This document shows, piece by piece, positions 29,415 through 39,045 of a stretch of DNA of 64,000 nt. Position 1 is the stretch's first letter. Every line of letters starts with the position of its first letter. The stretch comes from Clostridiales bacterium UBA3678 (lineage in GTDB: Bacteria > Bacillota > Clostridia > TANB77 > CAG-508), in NCBI GenBank assembly GCA_002372935.1, contig DFJF01000005.1, positions 100,754-164,753 on the forward strand. The letters are read 5' to 3'. Under the pieces are notes generated by a model. It searched no databases. It worked only from the letters and a program-made list of their open reading frames with translations, and was not told the DNA's origin. The position numbers and the translations under genes were made by a program.

Positions 29415-31676
29415 TCAATTATTTTCACTATATAAAATTAATTTGTATTTTAGCCCCGTATTTCTTTTTTTACTGTCAACATTATTTATCATAAATTCAA
29501 TTGTGTTTTTTTCTCCAATTATAATCAAAAGCTGCTTGGCTCTAGTAATTCCTGTATATAGTAAATTTCTAGTTAGAAGAATTGGTGCTGTTCTAGGTAT
29601 GCACATAATAACAACATCATATTCACTACCTTGTGCTTTATGGATCGTAACTGCATAACTATGTTCAATTTGCTCCAAGTTTGTGTATTCATATACTGCA
29701 ACTTTGCCATCATCAAATTTTATTGTAACACTTTTTTCTCTTTCGCTAATACTCAAAATAGTGCCTATTTCTCCATTAAACACTCCTGTACCATATTCCA
29801 CTTTCTCCTCTTTCTTAAGATTTTCCTTCTCCCAAGTAATATCATAATTATTCTTTACTTGCATTATTCTATCTCCAACTCTGAAAATTACACCATTTGC
29901 CTTTTTCTCATCTCTTAATTTATCTTCTGGATTTAATGCATTTTGCAAATATTTATTTAGTTCTTTTGTCCCAAGCATTCCTTTTTTTGTTGGAGTCAAA
30001 ATTTGAATATTCTTAAAAAAATCATAATTACCATAATTTTGAAGTCTTCCTGTGCATAATGAAATAATTTGATATAATATTTTTTCCTGATTTCTCTCAT
30101 CTATGACAAAAAAATCTTTTTTAGAATCATCTGATAGCTCATTTTTTGGCAAAAAATATTTTCCATCATTTACTCTATGTGCGTTCACAACGATTTGGCT
30201 CTTGGCAGCTTGTCTAAATACTTTGTCTAAATGAATAGTTGTGACTGTCTCTGATTCGATTAAATCTTTTAGAACAATTCCAGGTCCTACAGATGGCAAT
30301 TGATCACTATCTCCAACTAAAATCAATTTTGTCCCTTTATATATTGAACATAATAAATAATTCATCAAAAACATGTCAACCATTGACATTTCATCAACAA
30401 TTATTAAATCCGCATCAATCGGAGTTCCCTGGTATTCTTGCTGTTTATTTAACAAAATATCATCATCAAACTTTCCGATTTCTAAAAGTCTATGCAGAGT
30501 GCTTGCTTCTTCTCCTGTGGTCTCTGTAATTCTTTTTGCTGCTCTACCAGTTGGTGCACATAATACGACCTTGTTTCCCTGCTTTTCATAAATCTGTATT
30601 ATAGACTTGATTATTGTAGTTTTTCCAGTACCAGGTCCTCCTGTTATAATTGTAACATTATGATCATTAACGGCTTCTATCGCTTCTTTTTGCTTATCTG
30701 ACAAATTTATATCATCAATTATTTCAATTTTGCCTAATTCTTTATTTATATTTTTTATAAATTTAAAATTCTTTGCATTATCCAGAGATAAAATTTTTTT
30801 TGCAATACTTTCTTCTGTTTTATAAAAAATTGCCAAATATACCCATATATCTCCATTTTCTCTTGTTTCTTCATATATCTCACCTGAAGCCTTTAGATTA
30901 ATATAACTATCTTCTATAAAATCTCCGGAAACTCCTATAAGAGTTCTTACAAACTCTATTAAATTTTCTTTAAGTGTGCAACAATGCCCATTATATGTAA
31001 TTCTTATTAATGAATATTTAATTGCACTTCTCACTCTTTTATCATTATTTTCTTCCATGCCCAAATCCATAGCCATTTTATCTATCTGTTTAAAATCAAC
31101 GCCTCTTGCAATATCTATTAAAATATATGGATTCGCTTCAATTTGCTCAATCGCATTAATCCCAAGCTCATCATAAACTTTTTTAGAATTCTCTGCACCT
31201 ATTCCAAACTTTTCTAAAAATCCCACAATCTGCCATACTTCCCAGTGCTCAACAAAACTTGCTGAAATCTCTAAAGCCTTTTCTTTTGTAATGCCTCTTA
31301 TCTGAGACAACTTCAAAGGCTGAAATTTAATAACACTTATCGTATCTTCTCCAAAAGTTCCAACAATTTTATGTGCAGTTGCTGGTCCAACTCCTTTAAT
31401 CATACCATTTCCAATATATCCTTCTAAAGCATCTAAAGTCTGTGGCATGAGCTTTTCAAAAGTATCAACCTTAAATTGCTTACCATACTCTCTATGTTTC
31501 ACAAATCTTCCAATAACTTTAAGCTCATCCCCCTCTACAACAAAAGGCAAATACCCAACTATAGTTATTAAATTATCTTCTTTTCCATCAATTTTATCAA
31601 CATACATTTCAGCTATTGTATAACTATTTACATCATTTTGATAAATTATTGCAGTAATTTCTCCTGTAAGTTTCAA
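29415..31676 (-). CDS. recD2: ATP-dependent RecD-like DNA helicase (RecD2, SF1B)
   Basis: 753 aa with an N-terminal OB/HhH region, Walker A ITGGPGTGKTT, DEMSMVD, and the C-terminal AVTIHKAQGSE. Confidence 0.9.
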   Translation of the reverse strand: MKLTGEITAIIYQNDVNSYTIAEMYVDKIDGKEDNLITIVGYLPFVVEGDELKVIGRFVKHREYGKQFKVDTFEKLMPQTLDALEGYIGNGMIKGVGPATAHKIVGTFGEDTISVIKFQPLKLSQIRGITKEKALEISASFVEHWEVWQIVGFLEKFGIGAENSKKVYDELGINAIEQIEANPYILIDIARGVDFKQIDKMAMDLGMEENNDKRVRSAIKYSLIRITYNGHCCTLKENLIEFVRTLIGVSGDFIEDSYINLKASGEIYEETRENGDIWVYLAIFYKTEESIAKKILSLDNAKNFKFIKNINKELGKIEIIDDINLSDKQKEAIEAVNDHNVTIITGGPGTGKTTIIKSIIQIYEKQGNKVVLCAPTGRAAKRITETTGEEASTLHRLLEIGKFDDDILLNKQQEYQGTPIDADLIIVDEMSMVDMFLMNYLLCSIYKGTKLILVGDSDQLPSVGPGIVLKDLIESETVTTIHLDKVFRQAAKSQIVVNAHRVNDGKYFLPKNELSDDSKKDFFVIDERNQEKILYQIISLCTGRLQNYGNYDFFKNIQILTPTKKGMLGTKELNKYLQNALNPEDKLRDEKKANGVIFRVGDRIMQVKNNYDITWEKENLKKEEKVEYGTGVFNGEIGTILSISEREKSVTIKFDDGKVAVYEYTNLEQIEHSYAVTIHKAQGSEYDVVIMCIPRTAPILLTRNLLYTGITRAKQLLIIIGEKNTIEFMINNVDSKKRNTGLKYKLILYSENN

Positions 31677-31695
31677 TTTTTGCTCCTTTCAAAGA

Positions 31696-31810
31696 GGGAC
31701 GGTTCTCTTTCAAAAAGGGACGGTTCTTTTTTGAAAGGGGACGGTTCTTTTTTGAAGGGGGACGGTTCTCTTTCAAAAGGGGACGGTTCTTTTTTGAAGG
31801 GGGACGGTTC
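31696..31810. repeat. REP-like array G: six head-to-tail forward units at exact 21-bp spacing
   Basis: The A of GACGGTTC falls at 31699, 31720, 31741, 31762, 31783 and 31804. The linkers are either TCTTTCAAAA or TTTTTTGAA(A). Confidence 0.95.
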
Positions 31811-31922
31811 TTTAAATAAAAATTGAAACTAATACACCAATTTTAAAGTAATATTAATTTTTCATTTTTATAAAAGATTAAATCCCCTCTATCTCAAAGA
31901 ATGTATCTCTCTTTTTATTAAA

Positions 31923-32699
31923 TTATATTTCATCAATTTTTTCTTTTATCATTTTCAAATTCCATCTGCTAATTCTTGTAACTCTTGCAATCTGACTTAA
32001 ACTAGTATATTGCATATTTTTAAAAATTTCAACTACTTTTTCTAATTCTTCATCATTAAATTTTGAGATTTCATTAATATTATTAATCTTAAATTTTTTT
32101 ACAATAAAATCTTTTAACCCTTCATCTGTAAAGTTTGTTTCCAATTCAAATTCAAGAAAATCAAATTGATTATCACTATTCTCTAGCAATGTAAATTTTT
32201 TTAAATCATCTATATTTTCATTGAAATAATGCAACAAGATATGCTTGTCAACAATTTTTTCTTTTCCTATATATTCATGATAACTGCTCCAATGGTAATC
32301 TTTGGTTTGACAAATTCCAGCTTTTTCGGGATTTTGATGTACATATCTACAGACATCTAAAAAATATTTTTGATTTTCAACACACTTACTTTTAAATCTA
32401 TCTTGAAAAAAATGACCTGAACGATTATATTTTTTGTTAAAATATGAGGTATACCTAATATTTAAGCTCTGCATAAATCTTGATAAATCTGTATCTTCTA
32501 TTTGCATCACCAAATGTACATGATTGCTCATCAAACAATATGCAAATATCTTACAAGAAAATAAATCTTTCAAATTTTCAATTTTTTTTAAATAATTTGA
32601 TTTGTCTTGGCTATCGTAAAAAATATCTTGTCCATCAATTCCTTTACACATTATATGATATATCTTACTTAAACTTAGTTTTCTAGCACTTCTTGGCAA
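31923..32699 (-). CDS. IS200-like Y1 (HUH) transposase homolog of the REP-associated (RAYT) type, with a C-terminal HTH-like extension
   Basis: HUH motif in CLMSNHVHLVMQ, GHFFQDRFKS, and the Tyr motif CRYVHQNPEKAGI. The C-terminal segment YTSLSQIARVTRISRWNLKMI looks like an HTH. Both flanks are repeat arrays. Confidence 0.75.
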   Translation of the reverse strand: MPRSARKLSLSKIYHIMCKGIDGQDIFYDSQDKSNYLKKIENLKDLFSCKIFAYCLMSNHVHLVMQIEDTDLSRFMQSLNIRYTSYFNKKYNRSGHFFQDRFKSKCVENQKYFLDVCRYVHQNPEKAGICQTKDYHWSSYHEYIGKEKIVDKHILLHYFNENIDDLKKFTLLENSDNQFDFLEFELETNFTDEGLKDFIVKKFKINNINEISKFNDEELEKVVEIFKNMQYTSLSQIARVTRISRWNLKMIKEKIDEI

Positions 32700-32933
32700 A
32701 TAATCACATCCTTTATAAAAGAAATTTTATTCTAATTTTTTGAAATTAAAATTATTTGATTTAAATAATAATTCAGACAAAAACATTGAATAATCAAATT
32801 AAAAAACAATTTTAAATAACAATTTTAATAATTGATTCAAATAATTAAATTTATGTTAATAATTCTAGCACATTAATTTTAATTTGTCTATACTTTTTCC
32901 AAAAAATGGTATTATTTCTCTGCCTATTCTTTT

Positions 32934-33054
32934 AAAGATCTGTCCCTCTTTCAAAAAGAACCGTCCCCTTTCAAAAAAGAACCGTCCCCTTTCAAAAAAG
33001 AACCGTCCCCTTTCAAAAAAGAACCGTCCCCCTTTGAAAGAGGGACAGATCTTT
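32934..33054. repeat. REP-like array H: four reverse units at 21-bp spacing enclosed by a perfect 22-bp inverted repeat
   Basis: GAACCGTCCCC occurs at 32958, 32979, 33000 and 33021. The terminal AAAGATCTGTCCCTCTTTCAAA (32934-32955) is the exact reverse complement of TTTGAAAGAGGGACAGATCTTT (33033-33054). The right end touches the ftsZ stop codon. Confidence 0.95.
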
Positions 33055-34180
33055 ATAATCCTTTATTTTTATTTTTTCTTAAAAATGATGGGATATCTAA
33101 GTCATTTGAAGAACTGCTAAAGTCTTGGCTTGATGGTGGATTTATTTTTTTATCCCAGCTCTTCGAAACCATGTTGTCTAATCTTTTATTCACATTATTG
33201 TTTTCATTTTGATCTTCAAATCCAGTTGCTATTACTGTTATTTGTATTTCATCTTTCATATTTTCATCTATAACTGTACCAAAGATTATGTTAGCTTCTG
33301 GATCTACATTGCGTTGAACTAATTCTGCAGCTGTATTTACTTCTTGTAATCCTAAGTCTTCTCCTCCTGTAACATTTATGATTACTCCTCTTGCTCCTTC
33401 TATTGTTGTCTCTAGTAATGGACTTTGGATTGCTTGTTTTGCAGCATCTTCTGCTTTGTTTTCTCCTGATGCTCTACCTATTCCCATATGTGCCATTCCT
33501 GTATTTAGCATTATCGTTTTTACATCTGCAAAATCTAGATTTATTGCTCCTGTTACTGTAATTAAGTCTGATATACCTTGTACACCTTGTCTTAAAACAT
33601 CATCTGCCATCATAAAGGCTTCTGACATTGATGTTTTTCTGTCTATTATTTGTAAAAGTTTATCATTTGGTATAACAATTAATGTGTCTACCTTTCCTTT
33701 TAAACTTTCTATTCCGCGCTCTGCTTGTGCTAAACGTTTTTTTCCTTCAAATGTAAATGGTTTTGTAACAACACCTATTGTTAATATTCCCATTTCTTTT
33801 GCAAGTCCTGCAACTGTTGGTGCTGCGCCAGTTCCTGTTCCACCGCCCATTCCTGCTGTAACAAATACCATATCTGCACCACGTAAAACTTCTGTAATTT
33901 CTGTTTTGCTCTCTTCTGCTGATTGAGCTCCAATATCAGGATCTGCTCCTGCTCCTAGCCCTCTTGTTATTTTTTCACCTATTTGAATTTTTGTATTTGC
34001 TTTTGATTTTTGTAAAGCTTGTCTATCTGTATTAACTGCAATAAAATCTACATTTTTTATTCCCCAGTCAAGCATTCTGTTTACAGCATTGTTTCCTGCT
34101 CCGCCAACACCTATTACCTTTATTGTTGCTGTTCCATCTTTCATTGTTATATTGTTTTCATCATCAAAATCCATCATCAC
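33053..34180 (-). CDS. ftsZ: cell division protein FtsZ
   Basis: [17 protein letters not shown] and the tubulin signature [12 protein letters not shown]. Confidence 0.97.
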   Translation of the reverse strand: MMMDFDDENNITMKDGTATIKVIGVGGAGNNAVNRMLDWGIKNVDFIAVNTDRQALQKSKANTKIQIGEKITRGLGAGADPDIGAQSAEESKTEITEVLRGADMVFVTAGMGGGTGTGAAPTVAGLAKEMGILTIGVVTKPFTFEGKKRLAQAERGIESLKGKVDTLIVIPNDKLLQIIDRKTSMSEAFMMADDVLRQGVQGISDLITVTGAINLDFADVKTIMLNTGMAHMGIGRASGENKAEDAAKQAIQSPLLETTIEGARGVIINVTGGEDLGLQEVNTAAELVQRNVDPEANIIFGTVIDENMKDEIQITVIATGFEDQNENNNVNKRLDNMVSKSWDKKINPPSSQDFSSSSNDLDIPSFLRKNKNKGL

Positions 34181-34207
34181 TGATAATTCCTCCCTTAAAT
34201 TTATTAA

Positions 34208-35437
34208 TTAACTATAAAAAAATTCTTTTATTCTAGCAATAGTTGTTTTGATAAAGCTCTCTTTTGAATTTGTATCTATTCTGCTCGATACACTCTTTGC
34301 AAATGGCCTTGATGCAATATATCTTACTAATGCATACGCTGTCCTAAATTCTGGCTTCACAGTACTTATTGCTCTTCCAGTTGAAATTTTTACTGGTATA
34401 TTTAATGCTATTTTTCCAGCCACATCACTTTTACTTATATTAGTAATTCCTTGACCGGTTAATACTACATTATTGATTCTTGATTTTATGCCTTGATTTG
34501 TTATAATCTTATTTACTAAAGAAAATATTTCTTCTATCCTTGCTTCCATAATTTCTATTAGCTCTGAACTCTTTATTACTTTGTTTCTTGTTTCATCTTT
34601 ACATGTATTTAGCATTATTTCATTATCATTGTCAATAAATGATCTTAATGCTAAACCATATTGTCTTTTTAATTTATCTGCTTCTTCTTCTGATATTGCT
34701 AAAACTACAGCTATATCATGTGTAATATTGTTTCCACCAAGGGGAATGGTGTTAGTGTATATAAATTTGTTTTCTTCAAATACACCAATATCTGTATTTT
34801 CTGCTCCAACATCTAACAACATTATATTATCATGTAATTCATTGTTATCTAAAACTAAATTTCTCTCTGCTAGTGTAGTTGGAACTATTCCATCAATTTC
34901 CAGGCCAGCTTTTTTGAATATTCCTGACAATTTTCTTACATAGTCTTTATTTGCTAATATAACTTGTGCACTTATCGTAAAGCTTGAACATAAAGTTCCA
35001 ATTGGATCTGATTCAATTTTCCCGTTATCCAAAATAACTTCATTTATTGCTAAATCCGCTAATATTTGACCTTCTGGAATTTCTATGTCTTTTACTTGCA
35101 TAATAGCATTTTGTAAATCTTTTTGTGTGATTCCTGAAAATTTGTCTTTGACTTCTTTTGTCACATTATTTTCTACTATTGTTGCATATTTACCTGGAAT
35201 AGTTACATATGCTGAATTAATCTTTAAATCTGTTTCTTCTTCTGCTTCTTTTATAGTTTTCGAGATGCTCAAACTGATATCATCTTCATTGACTATTTTT
35301 CCTTTTTTAAGACCATTACATTTATAAGAGGTACTACATATAATTTCTACTTGCCCAAAGTTATTTACTTCCCCTAAAATTGTACAAACCTTGGTTGTTC
35401 CTATGTCAATACCTACTATGATATCACCTATTGCCAA
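34208..35437 (-). CDS. ftsA: cell division protein FtsA
   Basis: Actin-like ATPase strings VGIDIGTTKV and LDVGAENTDI. TTG start after GGAGGAATTATC. It lies immediately upstream of ftsZ. Confidence 0.9.
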   Translation of the reverse strand: MAIGDIIVGIDIGTTKVCTILGEVNNFGQVEIICSTSYKCNGLKKGKIVNEDDISLSISKTIKEAEEETDLKINSAYVTIPGKYATIVENNVTKEVKDKFSGITQKDLQNAIMQVKDIEIPEGQILADLAINEVILDNGKIESDPIGTLCSSFTISAQVILANKDYVRKLSGIFKKAGLEIDGIVPTTLAERNLVLDNNELHDNIMLLDVGAENTDIGVFEENKFIYTNTIPLGGNNITHDIAVVLAISEEEADKLKRQYGLALRSFIDNDNEIMLNTCKDETRNKVIKSSELIEIMEARIEEIFSLVNKIITNQGIKSRINNVVLTGQGITNISKSDVAGKIALNIPVKISTGRAISTVKPEFRTAYALVRYIASRPFAKSVSSRIDTNSKESFIKTTIARIKEFFYS

Positions 35438-35478
35438 GATAATTCCTCCATCTTTTTTTTGATTTTTGTTACTATTAT

Positions 35479-35507
35479 TTTATATTACAATTTTAGACAA
35501 TTGTCAA
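35479..35507 (-). promoter_or_regulatory. sigma-A type promoter upstream of ftsA
   Basis: The minus strand reads TTGACA, a 17-nt spacer, then TATAAA. Confidence 0.45.
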
Positions 35508-35681
35508 TAGAATTTGTAACATTTTCGAAATATTTTTGTAACAAATTTGTAATAAGTTTTTGGTTATTTTTTCAACTCCGCTCTATCACTTTTTTGCGGA
35601 GTTTACTTTACATAATTTATATTTGTGGTTTTTATGCATATTTTTTCTGATATATATTTTTTACATCAGAATTTATTTTGT

Positions 35682-36071
35682 TCAATCCTTTTCTTCTTTA
35701 GCTTTTTTTCTTTCTTCTATCTTTTTAGACCATTTATCTATATAATATTTTCTAATTATAGTCAAATTAATAAACATTCTTCCAACAAAAACAACTATTG
35801 CAGCTAAATAGATATCTACATTTAATTTTGTTCCTAGATATGTTAAAAGCATTGATAGTATTGCATTACAGAAAAATCCAGAAATAAATACTTTAATATC
35901 AAATTCTCCTTTTAAAACTCCTGCTATTCCTCCAAAAACAGAATCAAGTGCTGCAATTATTCCTATTGCTAAATATGTTGAATATGTATATGAAATAATA
36001 GGTAAATTAATTCCTATTATAGCTCCTAAAACACATCCTATCATTATGGCTATAAAAATCATTTTTATCAA
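35682..36071 (-). CDS. sbp: small basic protein (DUF1290, Sbp)
   Basis: 129 aa, 4 TM segments plus a basic tail. Its position between the DUF881 genes and ftsA matches the B. subtilis ylxW-ylxX-sbp-ftsA order. Confidence 0.65.
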   Translation of the reverse strand: MIKMIFIAIMIGCVLGAIIGINLPIISYTYSTYLAIGIIAALDSVFGGIAGVLKGEFDIKVFISGFFCNAILSMLLTYLGTKLNVDIYLAAIVVFVGRMFINLTIIRKYYIDKWSKKIEERKKAKEEKD

Positions 36072-36124
36072 TCCTTTCTTAATTAATTTTCATTTTATTT
36101 GTTATAATTGTGGCATCAAGTTAT

Positions 36125-36850
36125 TTATTTATTTGAAGTATCATTCATATATTCTGTTTTCATTGAGCTTGAATATTTCCCTATTTCTACCTTTTTCTTT
36201 TCTTCAAAATTAATTTCCTGTCCCCATCCTTGGATACTGTCAACATAGCCAGCACCGATTAAAGAACTTCTTAATTTATCAGAATCTCCAATAACTTTTA
36301 TAGTATATGGTGATGATACTCCTTCTCCATTAACTTTTACATAATTTTTTGTAATATTTACAAAATCTGTAGAATTTACTATCCTTTGATCATTTATTGA
36401 AATTGCCTCTGCTCCAGCATCTTTTAAATAGTTTACAATTATCATTAATTCACTATATGTAACAATTTGTTTTGCATCACCATCATCACTATTTAAGTCT
36501 TCTGGATCTTTTAATGTAATTATAACTCCTGGACCTTCAACATCTGTTAAGCCAAGCAATAATTTTAAATTTGCTAATTCTTCTTCAAGGTTCTTTTTTG
36601 TTTCTGTGTTTGAACTTGATTCTTCATTATAACTTTTTAATGTTTCTGTAACTACTCTATATTGTTCTTGAACATCTTCATATTTTGATTTCCAATTTGC
36701 AAGTTCTGTTTTCAAATCTTCCTCTCTCATTGTATCAACTGATGTAATATTACTTTGATATACAATCTTAAATTGCATAAATATTGTAATAACCAAAATT
36801 AAACACATTACACCAATTGTAATTGCAATTGTTATTTTACCTTTTTTCAA
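36125..36850 (-). CDS. DUF881 domain protein (YlxW/YlxX-like division-site protein)
   Basis: N-terminal TM segment, coiled coil, then ..VEGPGVIITLKD.. and AGAEAISINDQRIV. Confidence 0.75.
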   Translation of the reverse strand: MKKGKITIAITIGVMCLILVITIFMQFKIVYQSNITSVDTMREEDLKTELANWKSKYEDVQEQYRVVTETLKSYNEESSSNTETKKNLEEELANLKLLLGLTDVEGPGVIITLKDPEDLNSDDGDAKQIVTYSELMIIVNYLKDAGAEAISINDQRIVNSTDFVNITKNYVKVNGEGVSSPYTIKVIGDSDKLRSSLIGAGYVDSIQGWGQEINFEEKKKVEIGKYSSSMKTEYMNDTSNK

Positions 36851-36921
36851 TACACTCCGCTCCTTTTCTCTATTTAGAGCCTATTTCATTTTTCGCTCTG
36901 TTCTATTTATTAATAACTCTT

Positions 36922-37641
36922 CTATTCTTTTGTTTTTGCATATTTAAAGTTTGTGATTCCTGTGTATTTAGAAATAGTTATTTTATCTGCTCTAGTAAAA
37001 GTCGTTTTTATATAACTTTCTTCTAATCTTTCTAAATATCCACCAGGTCTTTTAAGAGTTGCAAGCCTTGTAGAAAGGCCTATTGCATTTATCGTAAATG
37101 TTGAACTTATCTTTTGACCATTTACAGATATAACATTTCCCTCGCAAGTAATTGCACTAGTATTGACAATTCTTTGTCCATTTATTTCTATTGCCTCTGC
37201 TCCAGCATTTTTTAATTCATTTACAACCGCTAAAAGATCTTTGTCATGTACTAATAAATCTGATTGATCTATTGCAGAATTAACTGAACTAATTATATTT
37301 GCATCTGCTATTGTTATTGTTGCCCCTTGTCCTTCTACTTCTGTTGCACCCAACAACATATTATATTTTTTTATCTCTTCTTCTAATGCTTTTAACTCAT
37401 CATCATTATTTGTGACATTATTTCTGGTAGTTTCCAATTCTTTTTGTGCTGTTTCCAAAAGTACATAAGTATTATCATATTTTTCTTTCATTTTTAATAC
37501 TTGATCTTTTAACTCATTAAGCTCTTGATTTGAACTTACTGTACTACCATTATTATTTACGGTTTTTAATTGGACACAAATTCCAATTGTAAGTATAAAG
37601 CACATTACACCTAAAATAATAGCTTGCTTCCATTTTCTCAT
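36922..37641 (-). CDS. DUF881 domain protein (second paralog)
   Basis: Same architecture as the first paralog: ..VEGQGATITIAD.. and AGAEAIEINGQRIV. Confidence 0.75.
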   Translation of the reverse strand: MRKWKQAIILGVMCFILTIGICVQLKTVNNNGSTVSSNQELNELKDQVLKMKEKYDNTYVLLETAQKELETTRNNVTNNDDELKALEEEIKKYNMLLGATEVEGQGATITIADANIISSVNSAIDQSDLLVHDKDLLAVVNELKNAGAEAIEINGQRIVNTSAITCEGNVISVNGQKISSTFTINAIGLSTRLATLKRPGGYLERLEESYIKTTFTRADKITISKYTGITNFKYAKTKE

Positions 37642-37721
37642 ATTTTTATATCATCCTTTCGTATTGTCTTGATTTTTTCTTTGTTTTTATTCTTCTTGCT
37701 TTCTTTTTCTTTAAATTCTTC

Positions 37722-38873
37722 TTAATTGTTTTTAGTAGATTTTTTATCTTTTTTACTTTTTGTTTCTTTAATCTCTTCTCTAAAAAATGGTTTAAATCCA
37801 TTATTTAAATCACCATTTAAGAATACTTCACCGATATTCCCTTTTTCCTGTTTCAAAATTACCTTTAAATACGCCATTTTATTTACTATATCACTTGAAT
37901 CTCCTAAATACACTTTTTTATTTTCACTTTTTAATTCTAAAATATATTCATCATTTTCTATTATAATCTTAGTAATTAAATCTGAAACTTCTTCTTTTTT
38001 TGCAGTATTCATTATTCTTAGCATTGCATTTAAGTATGGTATGTCATTATCTGATATTCTTGTTGAATTTAATAATGTATCCTGATCTGTAGAAAAACCT
38101 TCTATAACAGGAACATTTGCACTTTTAGAATTTTTTTCTAATATATAGCCATGCGAATTTATATAAACATAGCTATTAATAACTTTTATTTGATATGCAA
38201 CTTTCCTTTCTTCAACAGATATTTCTAGAGTACCTGGCAAATTTCTTGATATATTAACAGATTCTATATATGGATTTTCTTTTATATTATTTGTAATATT
38301 TTTACATGAAATTCTAAAAATATTTTCACCAGTTACTACTCCTGATAGACTTATTATTGTATCACTACTTATTTTATTATTTCCTTCTACCTTTATTGTT
38401 TGAATATTAAATATCGGAGAAATTAAAGCAAATATGATAATTGCAAAAATAATTAAAATTAATAGTACAATTCTTTTATTTCTTTTGTTTTTAACTTTTT
38501 TATTTTTCTTCTTATTGATAGTTTTCTTGCTTGTATTATTCTTATTTTGTTTATGTTTTGTCGATTTATTTTTTATTTTTTTACAATTCTTTTGATTTTC
38601 TTTTATGTAATTGTTTTTGTTAATATTATTATTTATTTTAGTGGATCTTTTTGTTTTATAAGAATCTTTTTCTTCAAAATATGGATTTTTAAATTCTATA
38701 AATAAATCTTCTTCTTCATCATTTTGCTCTATTTTTTTACTTATTGTTTCATTTTTTCCCTTATTTCTAGAAGTTTGCCCATTTATTCTTTTTGCAAAGA
38801 AAACTTGTTTTCCGTTAATTCCTATTTCACTTGCATCATCTTCTTCAAATTGAAGTATGTCTTTTTTATCCAC
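37722..38873 (-). CDS. divIB: cell division protein FtsQ/DivIB with a long K/N-rich cytoplasmic N-terminus
   Basis: TM segment followed by POTRA (IQTIKVEGNNKISSDTIISLSGV) and the FtsQ beta domain. It sits at the conserved position in the division cluster. Confidence 0.8.
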   Translation of the reverse strand: MDKKDILQFEEDDASEIGINGKQVFFAKRINGQTSRNKGKNETISKKIEQNDEEEDLFIEFKNPYFEEKDSYKTKRSTKINNNINKNNYIKENQKNCKKIKNKSTKHKQNKNNTSKKTINKKKNKKVKNKRNKRIVLLILIIFAIIIFALISPIFNIQTIKVEGNNKISSDTIISLSGVVTGENIFRISCKNITNNIKENPYIESVNISRNLPGTLEISVEERKVAYQIKVINSYVYINSHGYILEKNSKSANVPVIEGFSTDQDTLLNSTRISDNDIPYLNAMLRIMNTAKKEEVSDLITKIIIENDEYILELKSENKKVYLGDSSDIVNKMAYLKVILKQEKGNIGEVFLNGDLNNGFKPFFREEIKETKSKKDKKSTKNN

Positions 38874-39045
38874 TAAATCACCACCTTTTTCTGATGCTTT
38901 TGCATATCTTATATTTTACTATTTTTTTTCAAAAATAGCAATATTATATTAAAAAATTTGTTACAATTGTTGTATTTTTTAAGTTTGTTTTGAATAAAAT
39001 TTAACAAAAAAACTTAATTATTAAAAAATAATTAAGTTTTTAAAA

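Larger units (their letters stand above)
31696..33054 (-). mobile_element. RAYT-like gene plus opposed flanking repeat arrays (REP/RAYT-type unit)
   Basis: Forward array G lies on the left and reverse array H on the right of the single Y1-transposase-like gene. No second gene (tnpB) is present. Confidence 0.6.

Noticed and set aside
31638-31826. Plus-strand ORF translating to ..SKRDGSLSKRDGSFLKGDGSFLKGDGSLSKGDGS.. (looks like a repeat protein)
   Set aside because: It is simply the conceptual translation of repeat array G. It has no RBS, and its periodicity comes from the 21-bp DNA repeat.
31696-33054. Arrays G and H superficially resemble small CRISPR arrays (regularly spaced direct repeats)
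   Set aside because: The period is only 21 bp with an 11-nt core. The apparent spacers are just two alternating linker sequences rather than unique sequences. No cas genes are present, and the same units also occur as inverted pairs.
32884-33120. Plus-strand ORF with KKNRPLSKKNRPLSKKNRPLSKKNRPP repeats
   Set aside because: It is the translation of repeat array H, and it runs antisense into the ftsZ 3' end. It is an artefact.
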